Assembly: GCA_051362555.1 (NCBI GenBank)
Contig: CM120642.1
Span: forward strand, 7,936,001 to 8,000,000
Direction of reading: 5' to 3'
DNA length: 64,000 nucleotides
Source: Lingula anatina
Taxonomy: Eukaryota; Animalia; Brachiopoda
The position numbers were made by a program, and so were the translations under genes. The notes under the pieces are model-generated. The model was not told the origin of the DNA. It saw nothing but the letters and a program-made list of their open reading frames with translations, and did no database searches. The first letter of the stretch is position 1; every line of letters starts with the position of its first letter. Below, one piece after another: positions 1-12,188 of this stretch.

Positions 1-881
1 AGACCCCATATCTGAACGGTCTACTTGTTTGTCCCAATTGTTGATTTTAACGTTGTTAAATGTTTAGCTCTTTTTCACATGTACCAGTAATTGATTATGT
101 CTGACTCAGTGATTGTGTTGGCAGTCTTTAATAAACTTGACACTTAAAAATTGCAGGTACCAAACCAAAAACACCAAGAATTGAAAAAAGGGATGCAGTG
201 ACAGTGATGAGGGGTTTGATGACAGTTATAGTGATTCAGATGAAGACATTGAAATGACTGAGAAGGATGTGGAGCAGTTTTTAAGACAAAATTGATCTTT
301 ATACTGACTTTTATCTCTTCATCGGTATCAGGACAATTTCACCCCGGCCGATTCCCCCCAAAGAATATATATTTATGTACAAATATATAGTAAAGAGCAT
401 GAAGCTTAAATCCTTGCATCTATTGTATGAATATTTCTTGGTGTGATGATGCAACTTAAAGATACAAAATATAAATTTCATTAAACAAATTATGTTCACG
501 GAGTACAAGTTCAGAAATTTTAGAAATATAAGTACAGAAAATTTTATTAAAAATCTAATCAAAGTATCTCTAGGTAAAGTGGGGTAAATAAATATGCATA
601 TAGTTTATGTTTAATTTAGATTAGAATGTGCGAAATCTGTAGACTAAAGAATAAACACAGTTCTAGGTTTAAAAAAGGTTTTAAATTTTTTTTCTTTATT
701 TGCTTATGATAACATCTCCATCATGAGTCATTACCACATGGCCTGCACTTTGAATATTTGGCCAGTAACTTCGTAATAAAGCTGGCCAAAGTCTGGCTTG
801 TGCATTTTCAGTTTGGCCAGTAACTTTCAGAGCACACTGGCCAAATTGGCCTGTACTATTTCAAACGAAGGTCAAACACTG
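1..881. mobile_element. Right end of a probable decayed TIR DNA transposon inserted into a HINE-like copy
   Basis: TGGCCA-containing subterminal repeats at ~739-852, terminus ...AAACACTG at 881; sequence immediately after resumes homology to ~10510; interrupted acidic reading frame at ~190-296. Confidence 0.4.
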
Positions 882-2170
882 AATGTTGCATCAAAATTTG
901 AAGAAACCCCTATTTTGGGCACTGCTCCCATGATGACCATTTAACAAAAATCATGTCAATTACTGTTCTCAAACTTACAGGAAAGAAACATGGGTCTAAA
1001 ATACAGCTTCAGTTGGCAATGCAGTCTGTTTGGTAATTTTTTCTGGCAATTAAACAGTTTTTTGTGAAAATTTAATTTTTCACATATTGGCATTTCCAAG
1101 GTGCGACTTAGAACCTCCACGGGCTTGAAGACCCGTGCTAGTCACATTTTGTGAAAATCCATGACACTTATATTTTATTATTAAAAATCGATGGTCATTA
1201 TGCTGTTAAGCATTATGTAATGTTGCATCAAAATAGCAGAAAACACAATTTTTGGTGCTGCTGCCTTGATGACCATTATGGAAAAACCGTGTTACTTATG
1301 ACTGTCAAACTTTCAAAAAAGAAACACAGGACTAAAATGCAGCCTGAGTTAGAAAAGCAGTCTAATTGGCTTCTTTTTCTGGAAGTTATACATTTTAGTG
1401 TTATATTCATTATCTTTTTTGGCATATTCATTATGGGACTCGGAGCTCCCATGGACATGAAGCCAAATGGTAATCATATTTTCTACATGTCCATCCTATT
1501 TATAGTCAATAAACAAAAATTGGTGATAATTATTCTCTAATTTATTATGTAATGTTACATCAAAATTGACAATCTTTTTGCACTGCCACTGCAAACATTA
1601 TGAAAAGAAAACTGTGCTACTTATTATAATTTTAAACTTACAAGTACGATTTTTAGGATTGGCCTTCAGCTCATGAGAAAACCAGCTCTATCGGATTATC
1701 ATGTTTATTGTATTTATGCATTTTTTGTGAAATTTTCATTTTTCTCATTCTGGCACTTTCTAAGTATAAACTTGAACTCTGATGGGCCTGAAGCCTTATG
1801 CTTTTACTTTGTGTTACCTGTTGTGCATAAGTTGATGTTGACTGTGCAGTTAAACATAATGTATTATTGCATCAGGATTGGTAGTCTCCTATTTTGGGCA
1901 TTATGGTTTTGTGCTTTTCTTAAGGTGTGACTTATGGGCCTGAAGACCTTTGAGTGGGTCAGTCTGTAAATTACCCTTGGGTATCACTAGATTAATTTCA
2001 GAGTTATAAAGTCATTTGCTTTAATAGGCCATTAAATGAGATTACGTAAAGCACACTTGTTGATATTTCCCTGTAAACTCCCAAAGGTAAAGCTCTTTGC
2101 TAGATTAATAATAAGGAAGCAGTGATAATTATGCAGGTAAATTTTGTTTAATATTGCAAATAAGTTTTAA

Positions 2171-2176
<6 letters not shown>

Positions 2177-2248
<72 letters not shown>
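2177..2248. repeat. (AT)n microsatellite
   Basis: Direct reading. Confidence 0.99.
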
Positions 2249-2250
<2 letters not shown>

Positions 2251-2295
2251 AACTGGAAGATTAAAAGTTTGAATAGCAGCTTCATTGGAATTATA

Positions 2296-2532
2296 TTTAC
2301 CTTAAGCTCTGCCAAGGAGGTTATATTTTCACCCCTGTTTGTCTGTCATCCACATAACACAAAAAGTTATGGACTGATTTTGCAGAAATTTTCAGGAACT
2401 GTTGGAAGTGGGCCAAAGAGGACAATGATTAATTTTTGGTGGTGGTCCGGATCAATAATCAATCAATTATCAATATAATCAACAATTGCTGCCTTGGCAG
2501 AGGTCTGCACTCTCAAAGTGCTTTTCTAGTTT
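2296..2532 (+). mobile_element. Short HINE-type element of a second family, nested in a T-run
   Basis: CTCTGCCAAGGAGG 5' hairpin, CCTTGGCAGAG subterminal inverted copy, 3' GCACT..AGTGC hairpin then TCTAGTTT; absent from the paralogous site at ~11420; partial copy at ~37048-37160. Confidence 0.7.
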
Positions 2533-2772
2533 TGTTGTTTTCCTTTATAATTTTTTCTCAAACACTTGCATTTGTGACTTTTAGCCCCAGGCAGGCTCTC
2601 ATCTGCCTGGGGCTCTGCACATTTTCTGTATTTCTACATAAGCAGTTGTATTGTTTTTTATGTCTTTAAACATTATGTAATATTATTTTATGCACTGTCA
2701 TCATTTTTCAAATATTGAGACTTTCATAATGTGAATTTGAACTCTCATGGTCCTGAAACTGTAATCTTATTG

Positions 2773-2938
2773 AAGGGGTGGATTGAGACCATCTTCTGGG
2801 TCTTCCGGAAGACAGTCAGGTTATTAAGTTTATATTGACTGGTATCTATTTTTTCTGTTGGAAGACCATCAAAATGGAGGATGGATCAACATAGATACTT
2901 TGTAATACTGTCAGAAAATATCTCTGGGTCCGCTCCTG
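2773..2938 (+). mobile_element. ~166-bp MITE with CAGGGG(C/T)GGAT-type termini and TSD TTATTG
   Basis: Flanked by TTATTG on both sides; copies at 11659-11826, 25705-25863, 62123-62295. Confidence 0.75.
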
Positions 2939-5817
2939 TTATTGACCATGTTACCTGTTGTGCAAGATTAAAATTCAGTGTTGACTGACAGTGCTATTAT
3001 AAGCATTATTTATTATTGCATCAAAATTGACAAAATGACCTTTTTTGCATCTTTATTTTCTGTTTTTTGTCTGTACATTTGACAGCTTTGCTGCCTTGTT
3101 TTTCTTTTTTCAGCATATATGCAACACTGTAAACACAATATAAGAAAAACAGATAGGCCAATTGTCATTAAACTCACAGGAGTGGTCAATCCTGCTAAAA
3201 CGCAGGTTAAGTTCAAAAATCAGCATAATCGGGCCATTACTTTAGAAGTTAAGCTGTTTTTTTTTTACATTTCCTTAGATTCAATTCTTAGGCATGTTAA
3301 CAGTTTCATTATTTAATTAATAAGATATGTAAAAGTGTTTTTATGACATTTCCTGCATCTTTACAACATTGTTAGTTGATTTTGTAAAAATGATGTTAAA
3401 CTTGTTATTGTGTATTGTGTAATAAAGTTTCAAAAATGGAAATAAACTCATATCATTGCAGTTTGTCAGATTGAATCATTCACTATGTTCAGAATCTCAG
3501 AATGGAAGAAATTGGACATTTAACACTATTCTATTGATATTTTTCCCATCTTATCAATTTTCTTAGTTGATCATATAAAAATGGCAGTAAACTGTTAATT
3601 TTGTTTTATGTTAAAAATTCTTAAAAATGGAAATAAACCCATTTCAGAACAGTGCTGTCTTGTTAGGATTGGCATGCAGTTCAAATTAGAATGCCAGCTG
3701 AATTGGGTTATCATTTATTATTGAATTTATGCAGTTTTGTGTGAAATTTTCATTTTTCTCATTCTGGCATTTTCAAAGTGTGAACTTGAACTCCCATTGG
3801 CCTGAAGCCTTATGCTTGTTACACATTTTACTTACGTCAGTATTACCTGTTGAGCATAATTAAAATTTGATGTTGAATTTGCAGTTGAGCATAATGTACT
3901 TTTGCATCAGAATTGACAGTAGCCTATTTTGTGCATTGTTATTGTCTGCTTTTTGTCTGTACATTTGACAGCTTTGCTGCCTTGTTAATTTTTATGTACA
4001 GACTCAGATATTTACAGAGCTGATGAATATTCATAAAACACAGGTCAAGTTCGAAAATCAGCATGATCGTGCCATTATTGTAGAAGTTATGCTGTTTTTT
4101 CACTTTTCAGCATATATGCAACCCTGTTAACACATTTTAAGGAAAACAGATAGGCCTGTTGTCATGAAACTCACAGGAGTAATCAATCTTACTAAAATGC
4201 AGGTCAAGTTCGAAAATCGGCATGATCGGGCCACTATTTTAGTAGTTATGCTGTTTTTTCACTTTTTAGCATATATGCAACACTGTAAACACAATATATG
4301 AAAAACAGATCGGCAAATTGTCATTAAACTCACAGGAGTGGTCAATCTTACTAAAATGCAGGTTGAGTTTGAAAATTAGCATAATCGGGTCATTGTTTTA
4401 GAAGTTATGCTGTTTTTTCACATTTCCTCAAATTCAATTCTTAGGCATGTTAACAGTCTTATTATTTAACTAATAAGATACATTAAAGTGTTTATATGAC
4501 ATTTCCTGCATCTTTACAACATTGTAAGTTGATTATATAAAAATTTTGGTAAACTTGTTATCGTATATTGTGTAATAAAGTGTCAAAAATGGAAATGAAC
4601 TCATATCATTGCAGTTTGTCAGATTCAATCATTCAGTATGTTCAGAATCTCAGAATGGAAGCAGTTGGGCATTTAACACTATTCTATTGATATTTTTCTC
4701 ATCTCATCAATTTTCTTAGTTGATCAGATAAAAATGGCAGTAAACTGTTAATTTTGTTTTATGTAAAAAAATTGTTAAAGATGGGGGAAAAACCCATTTC
4801 AGAACAGTGCTGTCTTGTTTCACATTTCCTCAGATTCAATTCTTAGGCATGTAAACAGGCTCATTATTGAACTAAGATATGTAAAAGTGTTTGTTTGACA
4901 TTTCCTTCATCTTTATAACATTGTTAGTTGATTTTTTAAAAATGATGGTAAACTTATTATCGTGTATTGTGTAATAGAGTGTCAAAAATGGAAATAAACT
5001 CATATCATTGCAGTTTGTCAGATTCAATCATTCACTATGTTCAGAATCTCAGAATGGAAGAAATTGGACATTTAACACTGTTCTATTAATATTTTTCACA
5101 TCTCATCAATTTTCTAAGTTGATCATATAAAAATGGCAGTAAAAGGGTTAAAAATGGAAATAAACCATGTTGAAACGGTACTGTCTTGTATACATTTTGG
5201 CATTTTTATGTACAGACACAAATGTGTACTTTCCTTGTAAACACGATAAGTGGAAGGCAATTTTACTTTCTGGCTTTATATTTACAGAGCTGATGAATAT
5301 TCATAAAACGTAGGTCAAGTTTGAAAATCAGCATGATTGGGCCATTATTGTAGAAGTTATGCTGTTTTTTTTACTTTTCAGCATATATGCAACACTGTAA
5401 ACACATTTCAAGGAAAACCGATAGGCCTGTTGTCATGAAACTCACAGGAAAAATTGATCTTACTAAAACGCAGGTCAAGTTCGAAAATCGGCATGCAGCC
5501 TGAGTTGGAAGAGCAGTCTAATTAGATTCTTTTTCTGGAAGTTATACATTTTCAAAGTGTGAACTTGAACTCCCATGGGCCTGAAGCCTTATGCTTGTTA
5601 CACATTTTACTTTGGAATTACCTGTTAAGCATAATTAAAATTTGATGTTGAATTTGTAGTTTAACATAATGTACTTTTGCATCAGAATTGACAGTACCCT
5701 ATTTTTTTTCTTGCTTTTTGTCTTTACATTTGACAGCTTTGCTGCCTTGTTTTAATTTTTATATTAATTGCTTTGTGCTCTCAGCTGAAACTCTACATTT
5801 GAGAATTTTCTTTTTAG

Positions 5818-5991
5818 TTAAAGGTGATAGTCCAGGCAGTTGTGGCTGGAAGCCAAGTTGTAGGTAGGGCATTTACTAGAGCATTACAGCAGGAATGGGC
5901 TGCCAGTCAGCAAGCAGCAAAGCGCCAAGGAGGTGGAAAACAGGGGACAAAATCAGCAGTAGCTGACCTAAAGAAAGGGTTAACTATACAG
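5818..5991 (+). CDS. PAM16: PAM16/Magmas (TIM16) mitochondrial import motor subunit, first visible coding exon
   Basis: tttttag acceptor, then LKVIVQAVVAGSQVVGRAFTRALQQEWAASQQAA...GLTIQ, donor gttaag; 174 nt, phase 0/0; matches the PAM16 motif QVVGRAFxRALxQE. Confidence 0.95.
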
Positions 5992-6379
5992 GTTAAGTGT
6001 CAGAAGTCACAGAAAATGAAATTGGGATGACAGTATTTAAGTAAATTACACATTTAAAGTTTTGAGTAATTGAAAGGAATTTTGGAATATGCTTCTGTCC
6101 TCCAGAAAACTTACTGTGAAATTAGTTTAAAGCTTTTATTTTGTTAAATACACATTAAGGATTATTTCAGATCAGTAGTACTATGAATTAATGAGATTGT
6201 ACGTTATTTTAATAGTTATTTGTGTTTTTGCAAGAATATGAGCATCTTTGCCAGTTTACGTAATGTATTTATTTGACTTTCATTTATTTCCCTAAGATAA
6301 TTAGGGAGACTTAGAAAAATACTGTAATCAATTCTGACAGTACTTTAATTAAATCAAAAATTCACTTTGGTTATTTCAG

Positions 6380-6502
6380 GAAGCAAAACAGATACTGAAT
6401 GTATCAGACTTAAATGATGTTGAAAAAATACAGAAAAACTATGACCACTTATTTGGGGTCAATGAAAAATCCAAAGGAGGCTCATTTTATTTACAGTCAA
6501 AA
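6380..6502 (+). CDS. PAM16: PAM16 J-like domain exon
   Basis: ttatttcag|[41 protein letters not shown]|gtaagt; GGSFYLQSK is the PAM16 signature. Confidence 0.97.
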
Positions 6503-6638
6503 GTAAGTATCTGTTTTTTTAAAGAGGCTGCATCGCCTCCATCAAAAAATTTACTAGCACTAATCTGCTTATAAGCTTCTAAGGTAGAAATTGGTATTTT
6601 GTGGGCCGATTATGTTGAAAATTCTCCATTTAAGAAAC

Positions 6639-8124
6639 CAGGGTTCGCACAACTCTTGAAAACCCTTGAAAACCCTTGAATTTTATTTTCTAAAATCAAG
6701 TCCTTGAATATGCTTGAAAATGGAGCAAAACCCTGGAAAATAAAAATAAACCCTTGAAAACCCTTGATTATGCTTGAAAAATAAAAAAAACGAACTTTTT
6801 AAATCATTTATGATTATTAAAAACAAAATTAGAGTCGGTCGTTTGTTAACGTCGATATATAACAGTCTGTCGATATATAACAGTTTTCCCCAGAAGTTGG
6901 GAAAAACGATGTTGTCCTGTCTTGGTAAAACATAACAGGGAAAAAACGATGTTGTTTTGTCTTGGGAGAAATGTACCTCTTTAGTATGAAGAAATTGTTT
7001 TTTAACTTGGATTCCCGACTTTTGTTTGGTTTGTTTTAATTCAATGCAATATCGCAAGAATAATTTGTTTGTGCTTATAGCTGATCACAGTGATTTAATC
7101 TTTAAGTAATGCTTACACTTAGCAATGTAGGTAAGTGGAGTGATATGCGACCATGTCCATTCATTAGGAGGATTAAGCAATGCCCTAGTTACAACAGCCT
7201 TACTGTTGTCTGCAGGGAGTGCTAGACAAAGATATCAGAATTACTTAGAGGGGAAAAAGAAAGCAAGCTGAAGAGGACGGCAAAAAAAAAAAAAAAAAAA
7301 AAAGTCTGTAATGGAAGACATTGATTAAATTAAAAAAAAAAAAAGAAAAAACGCATGGAAGATGACATTTGTGAATTGCTTAAAGTCATAATAACTCTTT
7401 GTTTGGCCAAAAAATGAATTTTCCTGGAGTAAACAACAATTTTCCCATACTTACCAATGATAAATGAATCCATTTTTACATTCAAAGTTAGCCCCTGGTT
7501 TTTTTCTAAAAAGTTTGGTTTTTTGTTAAAATCTCTTAAGAGATTTTAACAGAGTATAGCCATCAATGGAGGTCACGTGGTCTAAAGACAAGCTTAGATA
7601 TCAGAATAATAGCTATAACTGCCATTATTGTGGTAAAACAGAATATATTATATTTCTATAAGTCATTCACAATGTTTTAATTGTGAAATAAAGATCTCAT
7701 ACGGAGAGTTACAAATATGCACAGAAGGCTGAGACGTGCAGCAGCCTGTCAATGATTTATTAGTCAAACAGCCTCAGGAGATCTGCCTCAGAAAAAAGAA
7801 AAAGAATTGGAAAACAAAATAATTCAGATGAAAAATATATAAAAAACAAATGAATACACAGGGTGGTACGGACCATATGAATTACGTGAAATATTGACAA
7901 AGAATAGTGTGTATCAATAAAATGTTTCAAGATGTGAATTGTTTTGTTTGAATGTTATTTAACAATATGAAATACCACAATTTTACTTAATGTATTGTTT
8001 CATGAAAATTGAATATATAACTAACAGTTTCAGTGTAAATTAGTCCTTGAATTTTGAATATATGACCCTGGAAAGTCCTTGAAAAGTCCTTGAATTTCAT
8101 TTCAAATCATCTGTATGAACCCTG
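6639..8124 (+). mobile_element. Decayed TIR DNA transposon (hAT-like) with 6-bp TSD in a PAM16 intron
   Basis: TIRs CAGGGTTCGCACA / TGTATGAACCCTG; AGAAAC duplicated at 6633-6638 and 8125-8130; CCTTGAA subterminal repeats at both ends; transposase-like remnant at 7143-7271. Confidence 0.85.
7384..7711. mobile_element. Kolobok-like MITE, one end truncated, nested in the 6639-8124 element
   Basis: Starts TTAA|AG; inverted copy of 38349-38685. Confidence 0.75.
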
Positions 8125-9070
8125 AGAAACAAGCCAATCTCTAGAAATTTAAAAGCCTTTGACAAGTAATAATATGAACATGTTTATCATATCTCTGTAA
8201 TATGAAATCTGAAATACATAAAAAAATGAAAGTTTTTTTTTTTTTACTTAATATGAATGACTTGTACATAGTAGCCTATGCATGAATACAACTCAAAGGA
8301 ATTTTGTTTGTATTTTATTTTATTGAATTACTATTGTTATTTACATGGAACCCAAGTTTTTGTACTTGGGACAAAAAGTATGAGAATGTGTGTAGGAGAA
8401 AAATGCCCTCTGCATACACCTATCATTGCAAAAAATGAAAGCAAGTATAATTAATGCAAAACATAAAACTAACAGCTTTTTGGGTATATATATATATGTT
8501 TATGTTAATTGTACTGGCATATGCCTATTGCCCTAAACATGAATCCACGATTGATATTTGTCAACTGTAACCAAAAGAGATGAGCTAGATATTATAATAG
8601 TTAAATGTCAGTTTGGCTACTTGAAAATTATAACTGTGACCTAATTCTCCAAGGTGTGTTTTGGTACATTCATTAGTAACAAGGAAAACTCCATATTTTC
8701 ATGTAAAAATAAACATTTCCCAAGGTTTGTAGTATTATATTGAACTTAATGTACAAAAATTAATAGCCAGGATTGAATAATTGGCATCTTGTAGTAGATA
8801 GATATCGTTTTTTGTTTTGAATGAAAAGAGGCAGTTCTCTATTTTGTCATGTTGAAAGTTTCAGGTTAATAAGCATTTTATGACTTACATGTGGCTTTTC
8901 AAAACATTGGTAACAAATTCTATTAAATGATTGTCAAAATTTTTATTATATAGTTATTCTAGATTAGATTAATTTTTATGTACAGACACAGATGTGTCTG
9001 TACATATAGCCATCATCTGCGTCTGTCGTCGCCGTCGTCGCCGTCGTTGCCGTCGTCGCCGTGCACTTTT

Positions 9071-10095
9071 ACCGATAACACGATAAGTGGAAAACCATTT
9101 TACCTTTTGGCTTGAAACTTACAGAACTGATGAATATTCATAATACGCAGGTCAAGTTCGAAAATCAGCATGATCGGGTCACTTATAGGGAATTTATGCT
9201 GTTTTTTCACTTTTTTCAGCATATATGCAGCACCGATAACACGATAAGTGGAAAACCGTTTTACCTTTTGGCTTTAAACTTACAGAACTGATGAATATTT
9301 ATAATAAGCAGGTCAAGTTCGAAAATCAGCATGATCGGGTCACTTATAGGGAATTTATGCTGTTTTTTCCCTTTTTTCAGCATATATGCAGCACAGATAA
9401 CACGATAAGTGGAAAACTGTTTTACCTTTTGGCTTGAAACTTACAGAACTGATGAATATTTATAATACTCAGGTCAAGTTCGAAAATCAGCATGATTGGG
9501 CCATATTTGTGGAAGTTATGCTATTTTTTCATTTTTTTCAGCATAAATGCAACACCGATAACACGATAAGTGAAAAACCGTTTTACCTTTTGGCTTATAA
9601 GTTACTGAAATGATGAATATTCATAATACGCAGGTCAAGTTCGAAAATCAGCATGATCAGGCCGTTTTTATGGAAGTTATGCTGTTTTTTCACTATTCAG
9701 ATGGTAAACCTGTAATTGTGCATTGTCCATATTTGTCCATATTTGTGGAAGTTATGCTATTTTTTCATTTATTTCAGCATAAATGCAACACCGATAACAG
9801 GATAAGTGAAAAACCGTTTTACCTTTTGGCTTGAAACTTACAGAACTGATGAATATTCTTAATACGCAGGTCAAGTTCAAAAATCAGCACGATCGGGCCA
9901 TATTTGTGGAAGTTATGCTATTTTTTCATTTTTTTTCAGCATAAATGCAACACCGATAACACGATAAGCGAAAAATCGTTTTACTTTTTGGCTTATAAGT
10001 TACTGAAATGATGAATATTCATAATACGCAGGTCAAGTTCTAAAATCAGCCTGATCAGGCCGTTTTTATGGAAGTTATGCTGTTTTTTCACTATT
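9071..10095 (+). repeat. ~161-bp tandem repeat array (about 6 units) inside the HINE-like element
   Basis: Unit starts (AC(C/A)GATAACA) at 9071, 9232, 9393, 9554, 9790, 9952. Confidence 0.9.
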
Positions 10096-11658
10096 CAGAT
10101 GGTAAACCTGTAATTGTGCATTGTGTAATAAAGTGTCAAAAATGGAAATTAACTCATATTTTTACAGTTTGTCAGATTCAATCATTCACCATGTTCAGAA
10201 TCTCAGAATGGAACAAATTGGACATTTAAAATTGTTCTATTGATATTTTTCCTATGTCAACAACTTTCTTAGTTAATCATTTAAAAACGACAGTAAATTG
10301 ATTATTTTGATATATGTAAAAAAAGTCTTGAAAGTGGAAAGAAATTCATTTCAGTACAGTTATCTCTTGCCTACATTTTGGCATTTTAAAGTTGTGACTC
10401 TGAACTTCCATGGCCCTGAAGACCTTTCCATATCAAATTTTCTGAATATCCATGATACTTTTATTTTATTATTAAAAATTGATGGTCATTATGCTGTTAA
10501 GCATTATGTAATATTGCATCAAAATTGAAGACAACCCCATTTTAGACAATGCCTCCATAGTGACCATTAAAGGAAAACCAAGTCACTTACTCTTCTCAAA
10601 CTTACAGAAATGTAGCATAGCACTAAATTATAGCTTCAGTTGGAAAACCTGTTATATCGATTAACTTTCTTGGAAATTATATAGTTTTTTGTTACAATTA
10701 AAATTTTCACATATGGACATTTTCAAGGTGTGACTTAGTCTTTGAACTTCCATTGGCTTGAATACCATTGCTAGTCACATCTTTTGAATAGCTATGATAC
10801 ATTTACTTTATTATTAAAAATTGATGGCCATTGTGCTGTTAAGTATTATGTTAAATTGCATAAAAGATGAAAAAAACCCTTTTTTGGACATCGCTGCTGG
10901 GATGACCATTAAGGAAAAACCATTTTACTTAAGATATTCTAACTTACTGAAAAGTTTCATAGGACTGAAGTGTAGCTTGTGTTGGAAATCAGTGTGATTG
11001 TTTTCTGTTTTGGAAGCAATGCAGCTCTATAGAGTGCTATGTGGGGCTACTGTTTATGGATGGTGGTAATTGTCCCTTGGGATAATCACTAGCTAAATTC
11101 AGAGCTACAAAATTACTTGCCTGATTAATTTTCAAGTGCCCATTAAATAAGATTACATAAAACACACGTTGAGATTTCCCATTCAAGTCCTATAGGTTAA
11201 GCTCTCTTAACTGTGTCACATAATTAGGAATTGGTGATAATTATGCAGGTAAATGTTGTTTAATATTGCAAATAAGTTTACAAAAGAAAAAAAATTTGTG
11301 TAATGCCAACATTAATGCTATAGATGAATAACAGTGCCTTATTATCCTCAAACACATTGGGATTATTCATATCATGTTAATACAGCAAGATTAAAAGTTT
11401 GAATAGCAGCTTTATTGGAATTTTTTTTTTTTTTTTTTTGTGTTTTCTCTTTAATTTTTTTCTAAACACTGGCATTTTCAACTCCCATCCACCTGAAGCT
11501 CTTCAGATTTTCTGTATTTCCACATAAGCAGTTGCATAGGTTTTTATGTCTTTAAACAATATGTAATATTATTTTATGCACTGTCAACATTTTTCAAATA
11601 TTGGGATTTTCATTATGTGAATTTGAACTCTCATGGTCCAGAAACTGTAATCTTATTG

Positions 11659-11826
11659 CAGGGGTGGATTGAGGCCGTCTTCTGGGTCTTTCAGATGACG
11701 GTCAGATTTTAAAGTTTACATTGACTGGTATCAATTTTTTTCTGTTGGAAGACCATCAAAAGTGGAGGATGGATCAACAAAGATACTTTGGAATACTGTC
11801 AGAAAATATCTCTGGATCTGCTCCTG
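11659..11826 (+). mobile_element. MITE copy with TSD TTATTG
   Basis: CAGGGGTGGAT...ATCTGCTCCTG; TTATTG at 11653-11658 and 11827-11832. Confidence 0.8.
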
Positions 11827-12086
11827 TTATTGACCATGTTACCTGTTGTGCATGATTAAAAATCAGTGTTAACTGACTGTGTTATTATAAGCATTATTTA
11901 TTATTGCATCAAAATTGACAAAATGACCCATTTTGCATCTTTATTTTCTGTTTTTTTGTCTGTACATTTGACAGCTTTGCTGCCTTGTTATAAATCACTT
12001 TAAAGTGTAATTGTATGATTGTACAATTAATACAGATATTAAAAAAGGGCAAAGTTGGTTGCAAGTTCTTTTGCTTTTCATTCCAG

Positions 12087-12188
12087 GTATATAGAGCAAA
12101 AGAAAGAATTGATGAAGAAATTCAAGACAAAATGCAGAAGGAACGATCCCAATTTGAAGAAGAACAGTCATCGCCTCCTAAAACATGA
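12087..12188 (+). CDS. PAM16: PAM16 terminal coding exon
   Basis: ttccag|VYRAKERIDEEIQDKMQKERSQFEEEQSSPPKT*; continues the SK-VxRAKERxDEE motif in phase 0. Confidence 0.95.
   Translation, partial: VYRAKERIDEEIQDKMQKERSQFEEEQSSPPKT

Larger units (their letters stand above)
882..5752 (+). mobile_element. Array of rearranged Helentron/HINE-like copies (same family as 8973-11989)
   Basis: Extensive similarity to 8973-11989; family 3' end TGTCTGTACATTTGACAGCTTTGCTGCCTTGTT ending at ~3099, ~3986 and ~5750; 5' end TTTTTATGTACAGAC at ~3989 and ~5203; ~160-bp units at 4041, 4200, 4360. Confidence 0.75.
8973..11989 (+). mobile_element. Apparently full-length non-autonomous Helentron/HINE-like element (~3 kb)
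   Basis: 5' TTTTT, 13-bp hairpin TATGTACAGACAC-agat-GTGTCTGTACATA, (GTCGTCGCC)n microsatellite, ~161-bp tandem array, 3' subterminal TGTCTGTACA plus CAGC-ttt-GCTG hairpin, ends in TT; no TSD. Confidence 0.8.

Noticed and set aside
157-296. Acidic exon-like stretch (SDSDEGFDDSYSDSDEDIEMTEKDVEQFLRQN*) after a ttgcag acceptor
   Set aside because: In-frame TGA lies between the acceptor and the acidic segment; probably a decayed transposon ORF, no family recognisable.
1151-3316. Several 60-130 aa ORFs
   Set aside because: They lie in HINE/MITE repeats whose paralogous copies do not preserve the frames.
9071-10095. Regular repeat array superficially like CRISPR
   Set aside because: Whole 161-bp units repeat with no unique spacers; eukaryotic intron; no cas genes.
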